From: Bugula neritina
Lineage: Eukaryota; Animalia; Bryozoa
DNA length: 64,000 bases
Reading direction: 5' to 3'
Assembly (NCBI GenBank): GCA_964035545.1
Contig: OZ037765.1
Location: forward strand, 9,434,698-9,498,697
The notes below the pieces were generated by a model, which was not told the DNA's origin, did no database searches, and saw only the letters and a program-made list of their open reading frames with translations. Shown piece by piece: positions 39,889 to 64,000 of this stretch; within the stretch, counting starts at the first letter, position 1, and every line of letters begins with the position of its first letter. A program made the translations under genes and the position numbers.

Positions 39889-42277
39889 TTATAAAGTAAA
39901 GCTCCCAGAAAATCCAATTCCCACATCTTTAGCAGCTGAAGTACCTTTGCCTTTGATGATCTCTGGACTAGAGAACAATGTCCAAAACTGATCTTGATAA
40001 AAAACTACAAAATATGTGTAGACTTTACTTCAGCTGTACTGTCCAATACAGTTACTTAAGTAAAAATGTATAACTTATAATTTTTGATGCAAGCTATTCA
40101 GTCAGGCGACAATTAGGAATGTAAGATTTACTTAGTGGTGCTATGGTCCCTCATCATGGAGATTAAGCAGTGTTCATCTGAATTCTCTAATTAAAGAATT
40201 AGCATCAAATGAACTTGCTTATGTTGTGTATTAGGCAGTCATCAAAACATTTTGCCCCCCACTTACTGTTACACTGGACAATTTCCACAGTAATTTGCTA
40301 AACTATGTATAAATATGCATTGATACCTAAAAACTACATTTTTGTAGTATTAAATAGGTTGTACACCTTCCTAAAAAATTGAAAGTAGTTTAAACACACT
40401 ATGCACTAATAACAGAGCCTTACCAAGATCACCAGCTTCAACTGTTACTTTCATTTCCTCACACGAGTCGCTGCAGTCACGATGAGGGACCAGAGTAAGT
40501 TGTCTTATGCCTTGGACTTGCTGATACCAGGAAGTGGCGAATCCTCCTATTGGCTGCAATAGTGGCAGCATGAACTGTTACAGCATAACTATGCAGGTAG
40601 CTGAAGAGTAATTATTTGATATGTGCAAAAGAATTACATTGTAATGCATGTGATTGGGTCCTGAATGAAAAAAGCATGTATATCGTAACACTTATCTTAC
40701 CAATTCATGTGTACCAGCTAGAGGACCGTCAACATAAATCCTTTTCAGCAGAGAAACTTCAGAAGCAGAGGTAAGAAAACTTGGACGTGGAAAGACCTTC
40801 CTGATGGCTTGTGAGGTTGGGACGCTGTTGGTCTCCCACATTAGAAAACCTGTTTGTCTTTTAAAACTCATGAGTGCTGTGTCATCATATTTATTAAAGA
40901 AATCAGAAATGTTGTAGACACCATCTAGATTGGTGTGGAGAGTATTTGCACTTTCAAGAATGAACTTGTTTTCGTTATTTGAATACATACTTCGTAGAAC
41001 ATCCAAAGTTACATTCGGTGCTGAATATCTCTAATAAACACAAAACATAGAAGGCTTGAGCATTTATTTCAACTTGTAGGATTATGTAGTAGTTGTGCTC
41101 TCTTCCATCAAATTTCTTTATATCTTTTCGCATAATGAAAAAAAATAAATCACTTCAAATTTTACATAATGATCTGTCTATATCTCACTTGTTATTTGGT
41201 TTTTTTGAATTTACACATTTACAAGAACTGCTGTAACACACTGTAACTGCATACAACTTATTGTTGAATATGTAAGATAACACTGGATTAATTAATATCC
41301 AGCGCATCGCCTTGTTGTGACAAAACTTAGACTCTAAGAGTACATGAACCACATGAATATGACTCACTTTAATGATGAAAGGATGAATATCTCGAGCATG
41401 TTGTCTCCGCCGAGCTTCAACCTGACCGGTGAGATCAGCAAATCGAGATTTAGTAGTACAAAGATGGCAATCTTCAATTGAGTCCAAAAAGAATGGATTT
41501 GCAACCAGACAATCTGCTGCATATAAACCTAAAGCATAGTTTATTTAACTGCAAATACATAAAATGATGGATTATAGCTCTTGAAAGCGTAGCACATAGA
41601 ATTTAGTTTTACTAACCATTTCTTAATTTTTTTACAACTAAAAAATTATACCATGATGAAATAAATACTGACATCATTTCTGCGGTAAAATACTCTTTCT
41701 AATAGCAAACTATTCATCACAAGCTAATTATTAAGCATTTCCAGAAAAAAAGTTAAAAAAGTGGACAGTGTAGACTGTAGAGTCATATATCATAAGGCCC
41801 ATGCTTTTTTCAGACAAATAAATTTTATGAATTGCACGTTTTAGTTGCTACCCTGTAACTATAAAGCAGAGAATTAGCACTTGTGTACACACCTTGCACG
41901 CGAAACTTGTCAGCCAGTGGTTTCAGCATAATTCTAGCAAATCTCATCGAAGGATAAATCCATGGATTTACAATTTTGCCAACCTGCGCTTCAATCTCAG
42001 GTGATGCTGCTGCACAGGTAGTCAAAATGAAATAAAACAAAATTAAAACTGAAAGAATTACTGCCAAAAATTTGACAAGAAACCAAGTCCAAAAGCCAGC
42101 TTTAGTCAAAACCAACTGCCAGACTCTTTCTTCTTGATTTTTACTTCTGTCCTCATCTTGCAGTTGAATCACCTCTTTAATGCACTCCTTTATTTCCGTG
42201 TCACTCATGCCCCATGATCGGCCTAATCCTACTATTTTTTCCAGCTTTGATTCCAAACTATTCAGTTTGCCTTCCAT
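39889..42277 (-). CDS. C6orf89/BRAP-like protein, copy B
   Basis: Exons 42277-41893, 41528-41368, 41030-40701, 40553-40424, 40004-39889; exons 2-5 are the same lengths as in copy A (161/330/130/116) and the frame is open. Confidence 0.6.
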
Positions 42278-43109
42278 TTTGACTTTAGGTCCTGCAAGCA
42301 CACAACACCAAATACATGTAGTATTCTAAACTCTTGATCATTCATTTTAAATATATACGTAGTGACCATATTTCTTTAAAAAAAACTAAAAGTAGATCAG
42401 GGTGACATCAAAACTAAAAATGATAAAATCCAAGCTATAAATAGCTTCTGTAGAAATTGTCTAAATGAATTTTTTATACCTTGATGATTACTATTAGTAT
42501 TACTATTACTATTAGACAATACTAATAGTAATAATAATAGTAATACTAATAGTAATACTACTACTAGTAATAATAATAGTAATACTAATAGTAATATTAA
42601 TAAATAATAACTATGTCTATAGCCATAGGCATAGCTATAACTATAAGTATAACTATAACTATAAATAATAACATTAATGAGTAATTTCATTGTGATTGTC
42701 TAATTACTATTAGTATTAGTAATACTAATAGTAATTACTACTAATGAGTAATCACTATTAGTATTAGTATTACTATTACTATTAGTATTACTATTAGTAT
42801 TAGTAAACGTTTAGAAACATTTTTAAATATTAATAATCAAGCAATGCGGATTAGAATCAAAATAATTAACAGACTAAGAGTGTACAACTAAAATCAATAG
42901 TAACTGAAAGAGTACAAGAGTACGTACCGGTGTACTCAGAGTCAGTAGAACTACTACTAGATTCTTAAACTCAGATATGGTTTGACTTTGAAGCTAACTT
43001 TCACTTTGAGCAAGCGGAAACTCCAAGGCGGAAGTCTGGCCGTTTCATAATTTTTTTCAGAGGGCATCTTCAATCGCGCAGTGCAAGCGTTTCAGTTTGG
43101 ATTAAAAAG

Positions 43110-45704
<2,595 letters not shown>

Positions 45705-46980
45705 TTAAAAAGCAGAACTGAAATGAAAATTCGTGGGAATCGCGTGAAAGCGGTTTAGCGTAAAGTTAATGAGAAGGCTAAGCTGAAACATTATTTTTTT
45801 AAATTGATGACCACAAAAATTGCTCTAAACGTACACTTGCGTAATTATAAATAAAATATAAGTATAACTAAACTGGAGGGCGGAAGAGGTTAAGGCCTAG
45901 GCCCTAGAGCATGAGAGCCAAGTTTAGAAGTCAGCTAAAATGAAAGGCCACATGATTGTACTCATTTGTCACCACAGCTTTGCTGTGTTATTCAGAATGC
46001 ATATAACAGTTTATACTTATCTTAAGCATTAAAAGGGCCACTGAAAAATGGGCGAAGGGGTACAAGGTGGCTTAGGGGCCCCCAGTTGCCCACATCTGCC
46101 CTAGAGTATGTACATCACTATGAACTAAACCAGTGGGGGGGGGGTGTGCTTATTTAGACTTACAGAATTATCTCTTTTTATTAAGAAATAGCTGAAATAT
46201 AAATCTCCAAGAGGAGGAAGTTAATGCCAGCAAAATACTATAATTTACATCAGAGCCATTATGCCACCCCTAGATGGGGTGGCTCGAAGTACTATGTGTT
46301 TATAGCGAATAGTTGCTTAACAAACTCATACATTTTCAACAATTGTTGCATGTTTCCTTACACAAAAAATCATGATAAGCACTATAAAGACATTCTCCAC
46401 TCATTCAAACTAGATATAATCATTAACAGCAACTGAATTTAATAGCAGCTTGCATTTGCGCTTGTACTAATTTGTGAAAAGTACATGCATTTAGAGTATA
46501 AACTTGTCCAATGATGATTAGTTTCTTGTTATAAATACTATCTCAATCTTCAACCTCTCAGAGGGCATGTTTCAGATTATGGATTTGAAGTTTACTGAAA
46601 CTAGATGTGCACATGACATATATACCCCCCCCCCCCCAGTTTGAAAGCTTGACAAAAACATACCTTGTGAGCATGTTTTGAATAATAGTATTTGTTTATA
46701 CTGAAACTTGTGGCTGGACCATGATGAAGTAGGTAACAGCTGCGCTTGCAAGTGATTATATAATAATTATGTGCATGCTGAACCTGCTTTTGTACAAATC
46801 TACCATGGTAATTTTCAAACGCTGCTATACAAATGAGAAAAACCCAGCATAATATTGATACATTTTGAGAGAGATTTTTTTGCCAAACATTTTGTGGTGG
46901 TAATCAAGTATTAATAGGTTCATTCCAAATAACCAGTGCGCGTTGCAATAAAAGATATTTACCACAAAATGATAACAAGC

Positions 46981-46997
46981 CACGTGCTCATCACGTG
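46981..46997 (+). promoter_or_regulatory. Tandem E-box pair upstream of ZIP-B
   Basis: CACGTG-N5-CACGTG. Confidence 0.5.
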
Positions 46998-47774
46998 AAT
47001 ATGTTTCACGTACAAAAGTAGTGAACAGAACTAGGCTTCACATATTTTCACATTTCAAACCGATTGCGATGGAATAACATCTAACCTCACTAACGCTCTG
47101 TACTTCACTCTGGAATCACAACTGGAGCAGTTTTAGTAAGTATACTCTAATTATGCAATGTGATTTTTATCAAAACCAAAAATAATTTGTATTAGCGTAT
47201 TTAAATTTTTGTATCATCATGATAATAATCATAAACCAGCTACTGCGCCTTTAGTTGAAATGTTATTCTGTCCCACTTGCTGTTTAGTCATAAATAGAGA
47301 TGGTGCTGCTACACCAAGGTACAAAAATAACTTTGCAATGTTGATTGGCATGGCAAAATGCTTTATCATAATTAGTTTTAATCAGCTCCAATGATAATTC
47401 TTCTTTGTTAGGTAATATTAATATGACTGTAATAACTGCAATAACTGTAATAACGTTTAATATATTGCTCTGTCAGCACTGTGAAACATTAATTCTGTTT
47501 GCTGTGTCTCTGAGGACAATGAGACAGACTACTGTACATCACTGAACGCTGGTTACTTTGCCTAGTGACTACATTTTGTACTAGCTGAGGGCACACATAT
47601 TTCTAAGCTTTAAAAGTAGTTTTACTGACATGTACTTAATACTTCTATAAGCTGCTTTCAAGTTGTGTTGGAATTCAACAAAGCATACAGCATCATTTGA
47701 GTTTTAATTAGTTTTTCTTAGTAATATCTAGTAATCACTTGTTGTAGGAACAGGAAAAAAATTAGCTGAACAAA

Positions 47775-49071
47775 ATGGACCTCTCTATCACGAAACTGCT
47801 TATTTTAATATTGTTATTTTTTGGCACATTTATTTTCTCTCTACTTCCTATTCCACTTATGAAAGCAGCAACTAGCGCGCAAAATGAAAGGCGAAAACAA
47901 ATTATGGAAAGACTCATCAGGTACCTACTAAAATAATATTTATTGTTAAGGAAAAGTGACAATAAATTTTATATAGATGATCTATTCAGAATCACTGAAT
48001 TTTACGTAGCTAATTCTTACTATAAGCCTGAAAATTTACAGTAAATACACATTTACTCACCATTTGAACAAATTTGATAACCAATAAGCTAATAGTAAGT
48101 TGCGGTCATTTTCTCTTTGTAGTTTTTTAAGCTGCTTTGCTGCTGGTGTTTTTCTTGGCACATGTCTACTAGATTTATACCCAGAAGTGCAGAGTGAACT
48201 AACAAGCGCAGTTGCACAATACCTATCAACGGATAGCAAGTTCTTCTGCTATCCATTTGGAGAAGCTGTTATGGTTGCTGGCTTTTTTCTTGTACTAATA
48301 ATAGAACAAATGGTATTGGCTTTTAAGGAAAACTCAGACTACACTCTTGAAAATTTGAATAATGGCCAATGTGGAAGTAATGGTTCCCAAAGAAATACCT
48401 ATGGTTCGATGAGAAATACTCATGATGAACCAACGGAAACTGATAGACTGCTAGGAAGTGGTCTACAAGAAGATGCATCTTTAAGTCAACCAAATAGCAT
48501 CTCTAGTATAGAGAGACCTGCAACTTTAGAAAACAATCAAATGTTCTCCAATGCTGATAATCAACATGAACATAATTTCAACTCACACTCACCTATAAAG
48601 TCATTGATTATGCTGGCAGCATTATCGTTGCACTCTGTGTTTGAAGGTCTTGCAGTTGGTCTCCAGCGCACAGAAGGGGGTGTGTTGTCCATTTTTGGAG
48701 CCCTGATACTTCACAAATGCATAATTGCCTTCAGTATTGGGCTTAATCTTGTGCAAAGCAAATTGGCAGTAAAAGCCACTATTGTTTCAAATGCAATATT
48801 TTGTTTTGCTAGTCCTTTGGGCATAGCCATAGGAATTTTAATCACTGAGCTCAACTCTGATACTGACTCATCACTATTGGTCAATGGAATCCTTCAAGGT
48901 TTAGCTTGTGGTACATTCTTATATGTCACTTTTTTTGAAGTTTTACCCAATGAATTCAACAATCCAAAGGATCGACTGTTTAAATTACTGTTTGTTCTTG
49001 TGGGATTTGCTGTTGTAAATGGGGTGATATTTTTAGAATTAGCTCTTTCCAATGAGACTGGATGTGATTAA
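47775..49071 (+). CDS. ZIP/SLC39 zinc transporter, copy B, about 364 aa
   Basis: Exons 47775-47920 (146 nt, as in copy A) and 48123-49071; same TM4/TM5 metal-site motifs. Confidence 0.93.
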
Positions 49072-49545
49072 AAAGTTTATGTTACAGTATTTTTTTTAAA
49101 AATATTATTTCTATTTTTTTACATTATTTTATGCTATATATTTCATTAAAAAATTGAAATAAGTATATTTATACAAAAAGTTGAAAACTAGCCTAATGGT
49201 TAGTAGTGAAATCATAATTAAATTAGAAAAGTGCATAAACCCTGAAAAATAGGTCAATGTTTTAATAAAAAAAGTGTTATTATTTAAAACATGCTCATAA
49301 GGAATGTTATTGCAAAGGTTAGCCATCTTAAATGGAAGAGTAATATATAAATCACATATCTAAATATGCACATTTATTTTAGTAAACTTTAAATTCATAA
49401 TCTAAAGAAAAGCAAGTAAATTTAGAGCTGCTATTTCATAGACTAGAAATATTTATTAATGTCTACTAAAGGTGAAATAAGCCTAAAGTTTGACACTAAT
49501 ACATTGCAGTTTTCAATTCAGACTAAAAAGTAAAATCATCAAAAC

Positions 49546-63561
<14,016 letters not shown>

Positions 63562-64000
63562 CTGATAAAATAATATTTATAGATGACAATAACATTCTAT
63601 CTGATTCAGGATAATTATTCTCATACAACTGTGTTTCAAAATTATATGAAATGTGAAAGTAGCAGCAAGCATGCATTATAGTACACAAATAAATTGGATA
63701 CACCATTAAAACATGACTTATTATAAAGTAACCCTAAAAAACTAACTAAATTATACTAATATTTACAATGTTCACTATAAATAGCAGTGCTAATAGTTGA
63801 AAAGTAGCTAGAGTAGTTACTTTCTGTCCTAAAACAGCCGATGTGTCATAAGGTCAAGAGGTTAAAATTATCACCATAGTTCTACAAATACTAGTCACTA
63901 AATATAGAAAAAGCTATATTGCAAAACACTTTAATGACAAAATGTGTTCCTAAATACTCACATAGTCATCATAAGCATCTTTGAGAGCAGTTAAAGCCAA

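Noticed and set aside
39889-42277. Copy B as an uncollapsed haplotype artefact
   Set aside because: ZIP paralogs and intergenic DNA are far too divergent for alleles and carry different insertions.

Overview
AT-rich, intron-rich metazoan (invertebrate-type) genomic DNA with ten protein-coding genes on strictly alternating strands: SNRPD3 last exon (+), ENY2 (-), CYP4 P450 (+), RRP36 (-), TMEM41B/Stasimon (+, with a U12 intron), a tandemly duplicated head-to-head cassette [C6orf89/BRAP-like (-) + ZIP/SLC39 zinc transporter (+)] x2, and the 3' part of an ATP8B-type flippase (-). The standout object is a very young 5.27-kb Ty3/Gypsy-type LTR element (15635-20903, minus strand) with 352-bp LTRs identical by eye, a CTAT TSD, a tRNA-Leu PBS and a PPT. 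It keeps an intact Gag, a -1 frameshift cassette, an intact aspartic protease and the integrase HHCC finger, but has lost RT, RNase H and the integrase core through in-frame deletions. In the env position it carries a spliced accessory gene encoding C2H2+C2HC zinc fingers, a coiled coil and Arg-rich motifs, an architecture reminiscent of complex-retrovirus regulators. Also present: two tRNA-derived SINEs with TSDs, a solo LTR, a decayed RTE LINE, MITE-like elements, a foldback structure around a 1.7-kb AT satellite, and a candidate cluster of symmetric mini/microexons in the flippase. All exon coordinates and alignments were done by eye.
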